A model generated the notes under the pieces. It made no database searches. It was not told the origin of the DNA and saw only the letters and a list, made by a program, of their open reading frames with translations. Source: Escherichia phage SmurfNell. From it: a stretch of 64,000 bases of DNA. Within the stretch, counting starts at the first letter, position 1; each line of letters opens with the position of its first letter. Made by a program: the position numbers and the translations under genes. The stretch lies in the sequence record OR896824.1; one strand, written 5' to 3'. Below are positions 1 through 9,923 of the stretch, piece after piece.

Positions 1-2196
1 AACCAACATGACGATCTTCATCTCTTTTCCTAGACCCAGGGACAGGATTTCTTCATCAGCATCAATAGCACCTAACAGGAGACTGTCAGAAGATGCAGAC
101 TGAATGATTGCGTTAAATCCAGAACGGATTTCTTCACCCTGAACACCACGATCTTCAGAATGGATATTGTGCAGACGACGCTTACGACCAAAGTGACTGT
201 AGATGAATCCAAAGTTCTTGATCTGATCGTGGCACTTATCAATCCAACGCTTAAGCTGAGGGAATTGACCGAAGTAAGTTTCGATATAGTCCTTCGCATC
301 TGCAACGGTACATTCAACAAACGGTTCGCCTGTCTTAGCGGCCTGTTCCAGAAGAGCTTCATTAACAGAATGAGCAACTTTAGCTGGGCCAGAACCATAC
401 AAAATACCGAAGGTAATTGCCTTAGCAGCCTGACGCAGAGCTGGGAACAGCTTCTTAACATCACGTGGCTCACAGGTCAGTTTAAATACCATGTGTGCGA
501 TGTTAGAGTGGAAGTCAGGGTATTTATCCGGCTCATTCTTCATGTTGATAAATACTTGTTGCATGTTTCTGTCACCAGACAGTACAGCAGCGTAATAAAC
601 TTCCGCAGTTGTTAAGTCCCATGCGATTACACGGTATCCAGGAGGAGCTACTACACAACCCTTGATAATAGATTCATCACGTGGTAACTGTTGCAGGTTC
701 AGCTTACCAGAAGAACTCAGACGACCAGAAGTAGTCATATGTTCATGGAAACCAGTACGAATGCAACCATCTGCATCAATGCTCAGAAGAATCTTCTCAA
801 CATAAGTAGAGATCAGCTTAGTCAGCTTACGAATCTCTAGCAGAGTCTTAGCAATTGGATGCTGAGTAGCCAGTTCGTTCAGAGCTTCTGCGTTTGTAGA
901 ATCTGCACCTGTATCCGTCAGTTTACCAGTTGGAGTCAAACCAACATAATCAAACAGAAGAACACGGAGTTGCTTAACAGAGTTCGGGTTAAACGCTTCG
1001 TTCTGATCCTTCTCCAGCTGAACGACTTCTGGATAAGTATACAGCTTCTCACGAGCCTTGTTCAGGTTGTGAGTTAACTGATACTGAGCTTCTTTCAAGC
1101 GATCAACAGAAATTGGTACACCACGATCTTCAACACGTTGCAGGAATACGCAACCAGGCATCAGAACATCATAGTATAGACTGCGAAGTTTTTCATTCTT
1201 CTCAATTTTCGGTAAGAAGAAGTTATGCAGACGCAGAGTAGCATCGGTATCTTTTGCAGCATAAGGCCACATAATATCAAATGGAATCAGATCATAGCTG
1301 AAATCTTCTTTCTTGATTTTATGTGCTTTGCAATAATCATCCTTGAACTTATCCAGTTCAAAGTCGTAATCGCCCATGTCAGTATACTTCATAGCCAGAG
1401 ATTTCAAGCCGTGAGTACCACGACGTTCATCGAGAACATAGTGTTGTAACATGGTATCATGAAGTCTACGCTCTTTATGTGCTTTCTCGAAGGAAAGTCC
1501 TAGATGATAGGAGTAAAAGTGCATATCAAACTTCAAGTTATGAAAAACGATCTGATGATTCTTGCTATCCAGAATTTTCTGGAGATAATGTACAGCTACT
1601 TCGGTGATACTGTCAGAGTCAATATAGACACCCTGATACTCTTGGTGAGACATAGAAACACCAAGCAGATAACCATCACGAGCATACAGAGCCGAGGTTT
1701 CGGAGTCGAATGCGATAGGCCCGATAACCATGTTATACACCATCTTGATGTATTCTTCAGCTTCATCTGGATCAGTAATAGGACGATAGTCACCGGCTTT
1801 TGCAATCTTCTCGCGACCATTAATAATGTCGTGAATACTTTCTACAGTTGCTTCAAAGACCGGTTTCATTTCAGGCTTAAAGTGTAGCTGAGCTGGACTG
1901 ATACTTGCAATCCAGTTGGCGTAGCCACCATGCTCTACACGTTTACCAGTATAATCACCGATACCTTTCTTACCTGCGAAATACAGGAAAGGTTCAGCAC
2001 CAACTAGTACCACAAAATCGTAATCGTTCGGATCGAACGGGTTATCTGGAGTTCCGATTGTAATATGCTTTTTCAGCAAACGACCAGATAACTTCTCGTT
2101 ACACATATGGAATACATCAACTTCCTCACCATAAAGCTGGAAGTGTTTATCATAACGAGTGTTATTTAGAGCTTTATCAACTACTGCAATTTTCAA
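1..2196 (-). CDS. DNA polymerase, family A with 3'-5' exonuclease domain (N-terminal part; C-terminus lies beyond window start)
   Basis: Minus-strand reading frame open from 2196 to the window edge; N-terminus MKIAVVDKALNNTRYDK... matches the T5 DNA polymerase as I recall it; TTG start at 2196 with GGAGA RBS 7 nt upstream. Not in ORF track because it lacks an in-window stop. Confidence 0.85.
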   Translation of the reverse strand, partial: MKIAVVDKALNNTRYDKHFQLYGEEVDVFHMCNEKLSGRLLKKHITIGTPDNPFDPNDYDFVVLVGAEPFLYFAGKKGIGDYTGKRVEHGGYANWIASISPAQLHFKPEMKPVFEATVESIHDIINGREKIAKAGDYRPITDPDEAEEYIKMVYNMVIGPIAFDSETSALYARDGYLLGVSMSHQEYQGVYIDSDSITEVAVHYLQKILDSKNHQIVFHNLKFDMHFYSYHLGLSFEKAHKERRLHDTMLQHYVLDERRGTHGLKSLAMKYTDMGDYDFELDKFKDDYCKAHKIKKEDFSYDLIPFDIMWPYAAKDTDATLRLHNFFLPKIEKNEKLRSLYYDVLMPGCVFLQRVEDRGVPISVDRLKEAQYQLTHNLNKAREKLYTYPEVVQLEKDQNEAFNPNSVKQLRVLLFDYVGLTPTGKLTDTGADSTNAEALNELATQHPIAKTLLEIRKLTKLISTYVEKILLSIDADGCIRTGFHEHMTTSGRLSSSGKLNLQQLPRDESIIKGCVVAPPGYRVIAWDLTTAEVYYAAVLSGDRNMQQVFINMKNEPDKYPDFHSNIAHMVFKLTCEPRDVKKLFPALRQAAKAITFGILYGSGPAKVAHSVNEALLEQAAKTGEPFVECTVADAKDYIETYFGQFPQLKRWIDKCHDQIKNFGFIYSHFGRKRRLHNIHSEDRGVQGEEIRSGFNAIIQSASSDSLLLGAIDADEEILSLGLGKEMKIVMLV

Positions 2197-2258
2197 ATTT
2201 AGTCTCCTTTTGGTAAGTAAGTATAACTTCAGTGTTTCTTCTCTAACTTACCAATATA

Positions 2259-3149
2259 TTATACCAAATCTTTGAGCGATTCGGCAACTAAAATTTCAAT
2301 ACGTTGAGCCAACATATCGATCTCTTCTTTATTTAAATCACCCGGGTCTTTACCTTCTGGAAGAAGGAAGTTACCAATTACAGGTGTTAAACGTGTTTTT
2401 GTACGAATTAGCTTCGCCAATGCTTGCGCAGCTTTATTACCAGAAGCATCGTTATCTAGCAAGATAACTACTACTCTTACTCCAGCAATAATGTAAGGAC
2501 TGAACTTATCGGCAATGTTATCAGATGTAAACTGATGTGTACCAAAGCAGCAAGAAGCATAATCCACACCGTTATCTTCTAGATTTAACATATCAAAGAT
2601 ACCTTCAACTAGAACAAGAACTGGTGTATTATATCGTACAGGGAAAATCGGTGGTGAAACTTGTTTTGGTTTTACTAAGTATTTAGGAGGGGCAGAACTG
2701 TTTATAGAACGTCCCAGGAATAGGATATTGCGTCCAACAGCATCTGTTATTGGGAATACAATTCTGCCTTCCCAGTCTGCTTGATGTTGGAAAGCAAAAT
2801 ATTTCTTCAAGGTCTTAGAACTGATACCTCGGAAATCACCTTCGAAAAGGTAAGCAGATTCAGGAATTGCAAGATTCGTAGATCCATTCCTAATCTCTGA
2901 AATCTTTTTACGTACTTGTGACAATCTTGGGGACTGTCTGTACTGAGTCTCATTAAAATAATGGTAAATGCTCGGTATTCCTCTACCGAAGCCACAGCTC
3001 AAGCAATGCATAATACCTGATTCAGGATCAATACGCAAGCTTGGGTGTTTATCATCATGATCTGGATTGAGACAACAGATGAGGATGTCCCCACCTGTGT
3101 CTTTGTATTCAATGCCTTTCAGATCAAGTAGTTCTGTTATTCTACTCAT
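2259..3149 (-). CDS. DNA primase (DnaG-like, zinc-binding N-term plus TOPRIM)
   Basis: CxxH...CxxC zinc motif (CCLNPDHDDKHPSLRID...CLSCGFGRG) and TOPRIM-like VLVLVEGIFDM; sits between helicase and polymerase. Confidence 0.75.
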   Translation of the reverse strand: MSRITELLDLKGIEYKDTGGDILICCLNPDHDDKHPSLRIDPESGIMHCLSCGFGRGIPSIYHYFNETQYRQSPRLSQVRKKISEIRNGSTNLAIPESAYLFEGDFRGISSKTLKKYFAFQHQADWEGRIVFPITDAVGRNILFLGRSINSSAPPKYLVKPKQVSPPIFPVRYNTPVLVLVEGIFDMLNLEDNGVDYASCCFGTHQFTSDNIADKFSPYIIAGVRVVVILLDNDASGNKAAQALAKLIRTKTRLTPVIGNFLLPEGKDPGDLNKEEIDMLAQRIEILVAESLKDLV

Positions 3150-4618
3150 ATATCGCTGGCCTGTTCACCTGTTGAATTTTCAGCTTTGTCTTTCTTAGCA
3201 CGTTTAGGTTGAGCTGGTTTATCCTTTTCAATAGGAATAACGAACTCAGCTTCCATTTGCGCAATATCTTCCATTGCTAGGTTGGTAGTGTTATCCATTC
3301 GCAGAGTTTCCCAGTTCATCTTAGGCATAAACTTCACACTATCAGAGGAACGAGTCTTAACGAAGTCAAACATAATAGCACCTTGACCATTATCAGCTTT
3401 TGCAGCATTAAGATTAGCAGCCATATCTGCGGAATCAAGAATCCCTTTAGACATACGCGTTCTACCATCTTGGTCAATCTGGTAAGGAGCAACACCAGCC
3501 ACGTTATGTTTCTGGCAGATAGATTTGAAAGACGAACTAACAACCATCTGTTCTTTCCAGTCATACATGTCAATGGTCTTTGAATCTGGAAGTCTTGTTT
3601 GGTTAATATAGTCTAGAAGAGCTACAGTAACCTTATCACCATACTTAGCAACTAGTTTATTTAATTCTACGTCAACCGTCGTAATAGACAGTTCAGGATC
3701 GTAAACGATGATCATAGGAGTGTGAAGCTCATAGCCTTCAAGGAGTTTACTTTCCATATCATAGAAGTCACTCATTTTAGCCATAGTGTATTGCTTAACG
3801 AAGTTATCGAAAAGCTCTTCACCACCATTAAACATCCTAGCCCTAGTTCTAGCTAATCTCAACAGAGCAGCACCTTCAAGAGTGTTATTACGCATTGCTA
3901 ATGCAGATACTCCAGCTAACATAGCCAGATTACGTCTAAACACTTCGTGCTCTTTCATCTCAATTGAGAAATATGGAGCAATGTCTCCATTCAAATATTG
4001 CTGAACCTGTATGTTTGAACAGATAATGGATTTACCAGTACCACGCCAACCACCAAGCAGTAACGTTTCTGTGCGAGCTAAACCAATTTGAGCGTCGAAC
4101 TCATTACAAATACCAAGAGCGATCAAGTTCAGTTTGGTATCTTCTTCTCTCTGGAAAATACGCATTGTGTCTGCGTTGAATACCTTTCCAGTATTCGTTA
4201 CTTTCTCTTCTAATTTTAAGTGAAGGGAGGCAACTCGGTTGAGAATTTCTCCCTGATCCAGCATTGTTAAATCTTGAAGCACGTCTGTTTCTAGAAGTTT
4301 CAGGAATAGATCCTGTGTATATTCGGCTTCTAGGACTTCAAGCGCCTGTTCCATGCTCACTTCTGGAATTTGAGTGTTAGCTAAGACGACAAGAGCTTGA
4401 GAAAGGCGGGCGTTCCTATTGGCCTCAAGCATCAGTGCGTCAATGGACGGCATTGCGTTATATTTCTTATAATAATTCTGGACGGCTTGGTAAATTGAGG
4501 AGAAAGCGTCATTAAAATGATCTTTATGCAGTTTTGAGAATGTTTCCAATGCTTCTTGCTTCTGTTCAGAAGCAAGAAGCATCTTCAACACTACAGCTTG
4601 CACGTTAAACAAGGTCAT
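3146..4618 (-). CDS. Replicative DNA helicase (DnaB-like); start uncertain (ORF extends to 4669)
   Basis: Walker A GGWRGTGKS and DnaB-like architecture; ATG at 4618 has an AAGGAG RBS, whereas the ORF-track start at 4669 lies inside the upstream terminator hairpin. Confidence 0.75.
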   Translation of the reverse strand: MTLFNVQAVVLKMLLASEQKQEALETFSKLHKDHFNDAFSSIYQAVQNYYKKYNAMPSIDALMLEANRNARLSQALVVLANTQIPEVSMEQALEVLEAEYTQDLFLKLLETDVLQDLTMLDQGEILNRVASLHLKLEEKVTNTGKVFNADTMRIFQREEDTKLNLIALGICNEFDAQIGLARTETLLLGGWRGTGKSIICSNIQVQQYLNGDIAPYFSIEMKEHEVFRRNLAMLAGVSALAMRNNTLEGAALLRLARTRARMFNGGEELFDNFVKQYTMAKMSDFYDMESKLLEGYELHTPMIIVYDPELSITTVDVELNKLVAKYGDKVTVALLDYINQTRLPDSKTIDMYDWKEQMVVSSSFKSICQKHNVAGVAPYQIDQDGRTRMSKGILDSADMAANLNAAKADNGQGAIMFDFVKTRSSDSVKFMPKMNWETLRMDNTTNLAMEDIAQMEAEFVIPIEKDKPAQPKRAKKDKAENSTGEQASDI

Positions 4619-4650
4619 TCTCCTTTGCACGCTTTCGTGCCTTCTAAATG

Positions 4651-4682
4651 CAAAAAGGGGAAGGAGCATAGCCCCCTCCCCT
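4651..4682 (-). terminator. rho-independent terminator (minus strand)
   Basis: GC-rich hairpin GGGGAGG...CCTTCCCC followed by U-run on the minus-strand transcript, just after the stop of gene 4701-5468. Confidence 0.5.
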
Positions 4683-4700
4683 TAGGTTTAATTTACCAGA

Positions 4701-5468
4701 TTATTCAGCAGCCGCAGCTTTTGCATCCAGTTTAGCACGCTTAGCGGCACCATCATAGTCCTTAGCAACCAGACCACGACGAGACAGCATAGATTTAACA
4801 CCGCGCTCAGACTTACCAGTTTTCTCAGCGATCTCAGCAACAGTCATGTTAGCCAGATCCAGACCTTCTAACAGATCTTCACGAGTTTTAGCACTTGAAG
4901 TTTCCTGTACCGGCATAGCAGCGATACGACCTTCACGAAGCAGACTCAGAGCTTTACCACGGATCTGCTTAATATTGCGACCGAAGTGAGCAGCGATAGC
5001 TTCAATAGTAGCACCAGCAACAACCTGATTAACGAAATCAGTTTCTTCGTCAGGAGTGAAGGAACGAACAGCAGCAGCTTTTTCGGTTGGCTTAACAGAA
5101 GCAGTCATTTCCAGACTCAGGATCTTACCCTGTACCTGCTTAGCACCGAACTGACCACCAGCTACAGCAGCAGCGATTTCAGCGTAAGTATACTGACCAG
5201 CATGAGCGTTCAGGAAATCAACCAGTTCAGCTTCCTGCTCAGGAGTCCACGGGGATTTCTGTACTTCGTTAGCTTTCTGTACTTCGAAACCTTCTTTACG
5301 CAGCTTAGATCCAACAGAGCGAGCGGTAACGTCTTTACCAGTCTCGGTAGCCAGTTCAGCAGCGATAGCAGCTACTTGTTCTTGAGAGATTACAGCAACA
5401 CCCAGAGCAGTGGCTTTTGCTTTCAGAGACTCGGTTACACCTTCTACGTTCCAGTTCAGTTTAGACAT
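4701..5468 (-). CDS. Ala-rich putative DNA-binding protein with three HTH-like repeats
   Basis: 255-aa ORF with three repeated HTH-like modules (YAEIAAAVAGG, IEAIAAHFGRN, VAEIAEKTGKS); codon usage resembles highly expressed E. coli genes. Confidence 0.6.
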   Translation of the reverse strand: MSKLNWNVEGVTESLKAKATALGVAVISQEQVAAIAAELATETGKDVTARSVGSKLRKEGFEVQKANEVQKSPWTPEQEAELVDFLNAHAGQYTYAEIAAAVAGGQFGAKQVQGKILSLEMTASVKPTEKAAAVRSFTPDEETDFVNQVVAGATIEAIAAHFGRNIKQIRGKALSLLREGRIAAMPVQETSSAKTREDLLEGLDLANMTVAEIAEKTGKSERGVKSMLSRRGLVAKDYDGAAKRAKLDAKAAAAE

Positions 5469-6243
5469 TATTATTTTTCTCCAATAGTTCTTTAATCGAC
5501 AGGATTTCTATCCCATTCGTTTCGGCTTTCTTATAAGATGAGGAAGAACGTTTTGATTCATCCTCACAGATTAGGTATTTGACGTCTTTGGTAACGGACT
5601 TCTTAACCGTATATCCTAGACTTTCTAAATAGTTTGTTGCATCCGTTCGATTTGCAAAATCTTGCAAAGATCCGGTAATACAGACCGTGATTCCATTTGG
5701 CTGGGCAACTAAATCATCTGTAATGATGATATCCGCTTTAGCACCTCGAATACCCGTTGAGAATTTCCACGGTAATTCAATAACATCCTTGCCTTGTGGG
5801 GAATTTAGCCAGGTTTTGTAATTTTCTCCAGCCTTGCCGTCAGCCTTCACATCGTGGAAGCTAGTGCAATTTTGGGACAGTTTCTTTGCTGCAACCTCTC
5901 CAATAAGAGGAATTCCTAAAGAACCGAGAACTGAACCAAAGTCAATGTCTCCGCGAACCTTAGTATTTAACTCGCTAATCAATTTAGCGGCAACCTTGCT
6001 ACCCACAGCTCCGACCAAATCTTCTTCGGTCAGGTAAAACAGTTCTGAGATCTTAGTCAGCTCCAGCTTCTCAATAGTTTTCGGGCCAAAGCCCTTTAAC
6101 TTCATTTTTGTGCAGAAGTTCTCGATTAACTTACTTGATTGCGCTGGACAGTTGGACTTATTCCTACAGAATAATTGCCCGTTGACAAGATCTAGCTTAG
6201 AACCACAAGAGGGACATTGTGTTGGAATTTCGATTTTCATCAA
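5461..6243 (-). CDS. ligB: NAD-dependent DNA ligase, C-terminal subunit (Zn finger, HhH, BRCT)
   Basis: CPSCGSKLDLVNGQLFCRNKSNCPAQ zinc finger and BRCT-like C-terminus typical of the LigA C-terminal half; own promoter and RBS upstream. Confidence 0.75.
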   Translation of the reverse strand: MMKIEIPTQCPSCGSKLDLVNGQLFCRNKSNCPAQSSKLIENFCTKMKLKGFGPKTIEKLELTKISELFYLTEEDLVGAVGSKVAAKLISELNTKVRGDIDFGSVLGSLGIPLIGEVAAKKLSQNCTSFHDVKADGKAGENYKTWLNSPQGKDVIELPWKFSTGIRGAKADIIITDDLVAQPNGITVCITGSLQDFANRTDATNYLESLGYTVKKSVTKDVKYLICEDESKRSSSSYKKAETNGIEILSIKELLEKNNNV

Positions 6244-6270
6244 ATTTCTTCCTTATCAATTTATATAAAT

Positions 6271-6299
6271 ATTATAGCAAGTATTTAAGCATTTAGCAA
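6271..6299 (-). promoter_or_regulatory. T5-type sigma70 promoter upstream of ligB (minus strand)
   Basis: Reverse complement reads TTGCTA-17 nt-TATAAT; lies in the gap between ligA and ligB. Confidence 0.6.
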
Positions 6300-6442
6300 C
6301 TACAATTTTAACTAACTTTGCTTACCCTCGCCATAACTTTCTATCCCTCAACTGAATGATAATAGTATATACCTAAGCGGCGAAAATGTCAATAACCACT
6401 TTATAATTCCGACATGGTAAACGGGTAGCAAAGGGTTACGAA

Positions 6443-7414
6443 TTAGTCGTATACTCGCTCTACTATACAAGGGATTACACCACCAGCACGAATCACTCGA
6501 ATCTGGCAACCGATCTCTAAATCGAGAGCGTTAATATAATCAACGTTATTAAGAGTTGCTTTAACAATTGTGGCATCATCAATAATCACCGGCTCGAAAT
6601 AACCAACTGGAGTTACTTTACCAGAAGCCCCTACTTGCCATTCAACTTTAACAAGTGTGGTAATTTCGCCTTCTTCATCCTCTTTAATAGCAAATGCACC
6701 ACGAGGAAATTTATTAGTCCAACCTTCGCGATAGAATTTGTTGTTGTCATTAATACGAACAACTTTACCATCCGTCGGAATCCACTTAAAGAAGGAACGC
6801 ACGTTAACAACTGTTAAGAAGTTCTCATTCTCTAACCAAAGCATATCTTTTAAATAGGCTTCTGTAATACCGACTGTTTCCGCTGAACACTGGATACCAT
6901 ATGCAACGAAGATTAACCCACCTTCACCAATACGTTGCATGAAATCATCACTGTCTTTCAGGTTAATAGCACCAGAAGCGTAGTTACGCTTGTTCTCTAC
7001 TTCTTTAGTAATGAGAACTTCACCAGTGATTTGAGTTGGTACTTTTTGGGAAATAGTTTTGGGGATGTTCAGCATTTTAACATTATTCGTTACATCATTC
7101 CCTAGAATACCGTTACCACGAGTTAACGCTTGAACAAATTCACCATTAATGTATAATAGAGAAATCGCACAACCATCTAACTTATCAGTTTCAACCTGAC
7201 CTAATGGATTAAACGGAGCTTTATCACCACGATCGTAATAGACTTTCTGTAAAGAATACATACGATACAAATGAGGAATATCACCTTTCGGCCCGATTTC
7301 TTCCTCTAACGGGAATCTTTTAATCAGACGATCATATTCTTCATCGGAAATAAGACTCATTCCCTGGTAGTACGCTTCTTGACAACGTTTGATAAAGTCT
7401 TTTACATTATTCAT
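6443..7414 (-). CDS. ligA: NAD-dependent DNA ligase, N-terminal adenylation/OB subunit
   Basis: KxDG adenylation motif (ETDKLDGCAIS) and N-terminal Ia-like region (YYQGMSLISDEEYD); encoded separately from the C-terminal half. Confidence 0.75.
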   Translation of the reverse strand: MNNVKDFIKRCQEAYYQGMSLISDEEYDRLIKRFPLEEEIGPKGDIPHLYRMYSLQKVYYDRGDKAPFNPLGQVETDKLDGCAISLLYINGEFVQALTRGNGILGNDVTNNVKMLNIPKTISQKVPTQITGEVLITKEVENKRNYASGAINLKDSDDFMQRIGEGGLIFVAYGIQCSAETVGITEAYLKDMLWLENENFLTVVNVRSFFKWIPTDGKVVRINDNNKFYREGWTNKFPRGAFAIKEDEEGEITTLVKVEWQVGASGKVTPVGYFEPVIIDDATIVKATLNNVDYINALDLEIGCQIRVIRAGGVIPCIVERVYD

Positions 7415-7625
7415 CGTCTGCTATTTCCATTTTGAGTTCTTTATTATACTGAGCAGCCATACCAGCTAAATCAGCAGCTTCTTTCAACCACGCATCTTTG
7501 TACGCTTTCTGGTTTGGAGTGCCGATACTATCCTGGTAATTGATTCTTGCTATGGAGAGCAAATTAAGTTTTGCTTGAATCTTTGGAAGTGTTATTGTCA
7601 TTGCCATAATTGATCCTCTCATCAA
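7407..7625 (-). CDS. hypothetical protein (72 aa)
   Basis: ORF directly downstream of a minus-strand T5-type promoter at 7637-7665. Confidence 0.5.
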   Translation of the reverse strand: MMRGSIMAMTITLPKIQAKLNLLSIARINYQDSIGTPNQKAYKDAWLKEAADLAGMAAQYNKELKMEIADDE

Positions 7626-7636
7626 TTTATATAAAT

Positions 7637-7665
7637 ATTATATATGAAAACTGAGTCGAAAGCAA
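7637..7665 (-). promoter_or_regulatory. T5-type sigma70 promoter (minus strand)
   Basis: Reverse complement reads TTGCTT-17-TATAAT followed by the conserved ATTTATATAAATTGATG leader. Confidence 0.6.
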
Positions 7666-7692
7666 GTACATTTATAAAGAAAAAGCCAAGAA

Positions 7693-8001
7693 CTAGGCAT
7701 TCTTGGCTTTGAGTTCTTCAGCTCGTTTCTGTACTTCATGCAAGACCTCGGATTCACTGAGGATTTGCGTAAAAGCGTAGAATAGCTGTGATGTAGTTTC
7801 TAGGGTATAAGGAAAAGAGAAGCCGGATTTCGTTGGAAACCACTCTCCAGTAATATCTTGGAGCCAGTAACGAATTCCCATGTATAGATTCCCACGAAAT
7901 TCAGATACGGTTAGTCTTACTTGTTCCCCCTCCTTCTCCCAAAGCATGATGGACTGGTCGTCAACGTGTCCTTCATAGTTTTGATTTACCTGATCGCTCA
8001 T
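7693..8001 (-). CDS. hypothetical protein (102 aa)
   Basis: ORF in the minus-strand operon; a minus-strand terminator follows at 8021-8042. Confidence 0.5.
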   Translation of the reverse strand: MSDQVNQNYEGHVDDQSIMLWEKEGEQVRLTVSEFRGNLYMGIRYWLQDITGEWFPTKSGFSFPYTLETTSQLFYAFTQILSESEVLHEVQKRAEELKAKNA

Positions 8002-8020
8002 TTACATATCCCAAATACAC

Positions 8021-8042
8021 AAAAAGCCCCCTATAGGGGGCT
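8021..8042 (-). terminator. rho-independent terminator (minus strand)
   Basis: AGCCCCC-TATA-GGGGGCT hairpin followed by UUUUU on the minus-strand transcript. Confidence 0.65.
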
Positions 8043-8052
8043 AATTGGTTTC

Positions 8053-8349
8053 TTATCGGCCTACTGGAGAAGCACGATCTAACTCTGACTGGAGGCTCGT
8101 CACACGGCGAACTTTCGCAACAGGAATGAAACGGAAGCTATCGTTAGTACGAGAGAAAACGAGGATTTCATCTTCTTTCGGCTTACGGATGCGCTCACGT
8201 TTAATACGCTCAGCCAGGTATTTATCCTGAGCTGGATCAAATTCCATAGTACCCTGAAGGTATGTAGTTCCTTTCTGACGAAGTTTTTCGTAATGAAGAT
8301 AAAACTCACCAAATTTTTCGCATTGAGCAATAATTTCAGCTTTATTCAT
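8053..8349 (-). CDS. hypothetical protein (98 aa)
   Basis: ORF in the compact minus-strand early operon. Confidence 0.5.
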   Translation of the reverse strand: MNKAEIIAQCEKFGEFYLHYEKLRQKGTTYLQGTMEFDPAQDKYLAERIKRERIRKPKEDEILVFSRTNDSFRFIPVAKVRRVTSLQSELDRASPVGR

Positions 8350-8385
8350 AACTGTATTCCTTGTGTTGGTGGATTTATCTAAGAA

Positions 8386-8796
8386 TTACTTAGTGATAGC
8401 TCGGATAGCTTCTGCCAGATGAGCAGCTGCTTTACCGGTCAGCTTGTCGATGATTGCGTCGTCCAGGAAGTCCGGTGCTAAGCCAGCATCAGAGAATGCA
8501 GAGCGAAGATCGGAGTGAGCCTGAGCTTTGGAAGTACGAGAACCACCAGAAGCTTTTTCTCCAGTAGATGCGTTTGATTTAGAAGTAGAGCCAGCAGCTT
8601 TCTTGATATACAGACCTGCTTTGGTCAGCTTCATACGGAAACCGTTCGGAGTTACACCATTTTCCTGAGCAATTTCGCTAACAATTTCCATGCTAACGCC
8701 CGGACGCTCATCTTCTGGGAATTGCTCCATACGAGCAACGTAGTCGGAAGACATTTTTTCGAACAGTTCATCAGTCCACTGAGTTGGAGTAGTCAT
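8386..8796 (-). CDS. hypothetical Ala/Ser-rich protein (136 aa)
   Basis: ORF downstream of minus-strand promoter at 8855-8883; host-like codon usage. Confidence 0.55.
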   Translation of the reverse strand: MTTPTQWTDELFEKMSSDYVARMEQFPEDERPGVSMEIVSEIAQENGVTPNGFRMKLTKAGLYIKKAAGSTSKSNASTGEKASGGSRTSKAQAHSDLRSAFSDAGLAPDFLDDAIIDKLTGKAAAHLAEAIRAITK

Positions 8797-8854
8797 ATTT
8801 TTCGATTTCCTTAATTAAGAATTAAACAGAATAGTTCTTTCAAACTATGAGAAT

Positions 8855-8883
8855 ATTATATCAAGAATTACAGGATTAAGCAA
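8855..8883 (-). promoter_or_regulatory. T5-type sigma70 promoter (minus strand)
   Basis: Reverse complement reads TTGCTT-17-TATAAT. Confidence 0.6.
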
Positions 8884-8903
8884 CTGAAATTTTTCAGTAA
8901 CTG

Positions 8904-9158
8904 CTACACATCTAGTTCAACGATCTCCCAATCGTCGGCCAGAGCTTCGTCTAGAGTTAGCTCAGTGGTTTTCCACGATGCATCGTCTAGCGTGAGTTTA
9001 GTACGCCCATCTTTAGACCACCACCAAGTAAATTCTATAATGTCGTTATTATCAACATCTACTTTGATGATAGTGGTAGAATAAGTATTATTTTCCCAGC
9101 TATCTCGCTGGAGATATTTTACGTCTCCAGCTTTTAACAGACCAGTTAGTTTACTCAC
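8904..9158 (-). CDS. hypothetical protein (84 aa)
   Basis: ORF overlapping the upstream gene by 8 nt (translational coupling). Confidence 0.5.
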   Translation of the reverse strand: MSKLTGLLKAGDVKYLQRDSWENNTYSTTIIKVDVDNNDIIEFTWWWSKDGRTKLTLDDASWKTTELTLDEALADDWEIVELDV

Positions 9159-9855
9159 GGCGTTTTCCTTTCTCTTTATCGAGTTTCAAGGCAGCTTTAA
9201 CAGCTTCATTAACCAATGTGATAACTTCTTCACGGCTCCACTTAAAGCCCAGAGCCTTAACATCAACTCCCAGCTTTTCCAGATGTTTAACAGAAGCTAA
9301 TTCGTAGTGCATATAGTGAACGTTCTGTTGTTTACCTTCTGATAACAACCAAACACGATAGCAACCAACTGGGTTAGTCATTGCTTTCTTGATTTCACCA
9401 ATACACTGATAGCCAGGAACCCAAACAAGTTCACCAACTTCAAATTCCTCTGCCATTGCATCATCAGGAATCAATGGAGGATTCAATGGATCAACAATAT
9501 CATTTAAACGAAGCAGAGCACCGTAACGTTCCAGGACAGATTTAATCATCGCTACAGAACGATAATTACGATCAGCAATTTCTTCAAAAGAATCACCAGA
9601 AAGATACTGTTCAATTACGTTTGCAAGCTCAACACCTTCAATCAGTGTTCCACGCTTCTTCTTTTTCATTTCCGCAACTTGAACCTGACGATCTCTCCAT
9701 TCCTCGATCATTCGTTCCATAGTTGGGTTAGAAGAAACACCGAGCATTTCACATGCTACTTTCTTAGTACCACCATTCTCCAGATGTTCAATGACCTTTT
9801 TAAAGGTTTCATCAGGGATTTCATGGATAAGTTTCTTTCTACGAGAACCAGCCAT
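9151..9855 (-). CDS. putative HTH DNA-binding protein (234 aa)
   Basis: N-terminal HTH-like segment (GGTKKVACEMLGVSSNPTMERMIEEW); first gene downstream of the P_N25-like promoter. Confidence 0.55.
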   Translation of the reverse strand: MAGSRRKKLIHEIPDETFKKVIEHLENGGTKKVACEMLGVSSNPTMERMIEEWRDRQVQVAEMKKKKRGTLIEGVELANVIEQYLSGDSFEEIADRNYRSVAMIKSVLERYGALLRLNDIVDPLNPPLIPDDAMAEEFEVGELVWVPGYQCIGEIKKAMTNPVGCYRVWLLSEGKQQNVHYMHYELASVKHLEKLGVDVKALGFKWSREEVITLVNEAVKAALKLDKEKGKRRE

Positions 9856-9886
9856 ATTTAAACTCCTCTCTCAAATTTATGAATCT

Positions 9887-9915
9887 ATTATACAGAAAAT
9901 TTTTCCTGAAAGCAA
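9887..9915 (-). promoter_or_regulatory. T5 P_N25-like early promoter (minus strand)
   Basis: Reverse complement AAAATTTATTTGCTTTCAGGAAAATTTTTCTGTATAATAGATTCATAAATTTGAGAGAGGAG matches the classic T5 P_N25 sequence as I recall it. Confidence 0.8.
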
Positions 9916-9923
9916 ATAAATTT

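Noticed and set aside
72-1887. Several 60-150 aa ORFs in the ORF track on both strands within 1-2196
   Set aside because: They lie inside and out of frame with the long minus-strand DNA polymerase reading frame (open from 2196 to the window edge) and have no RBS; treated as spurious.
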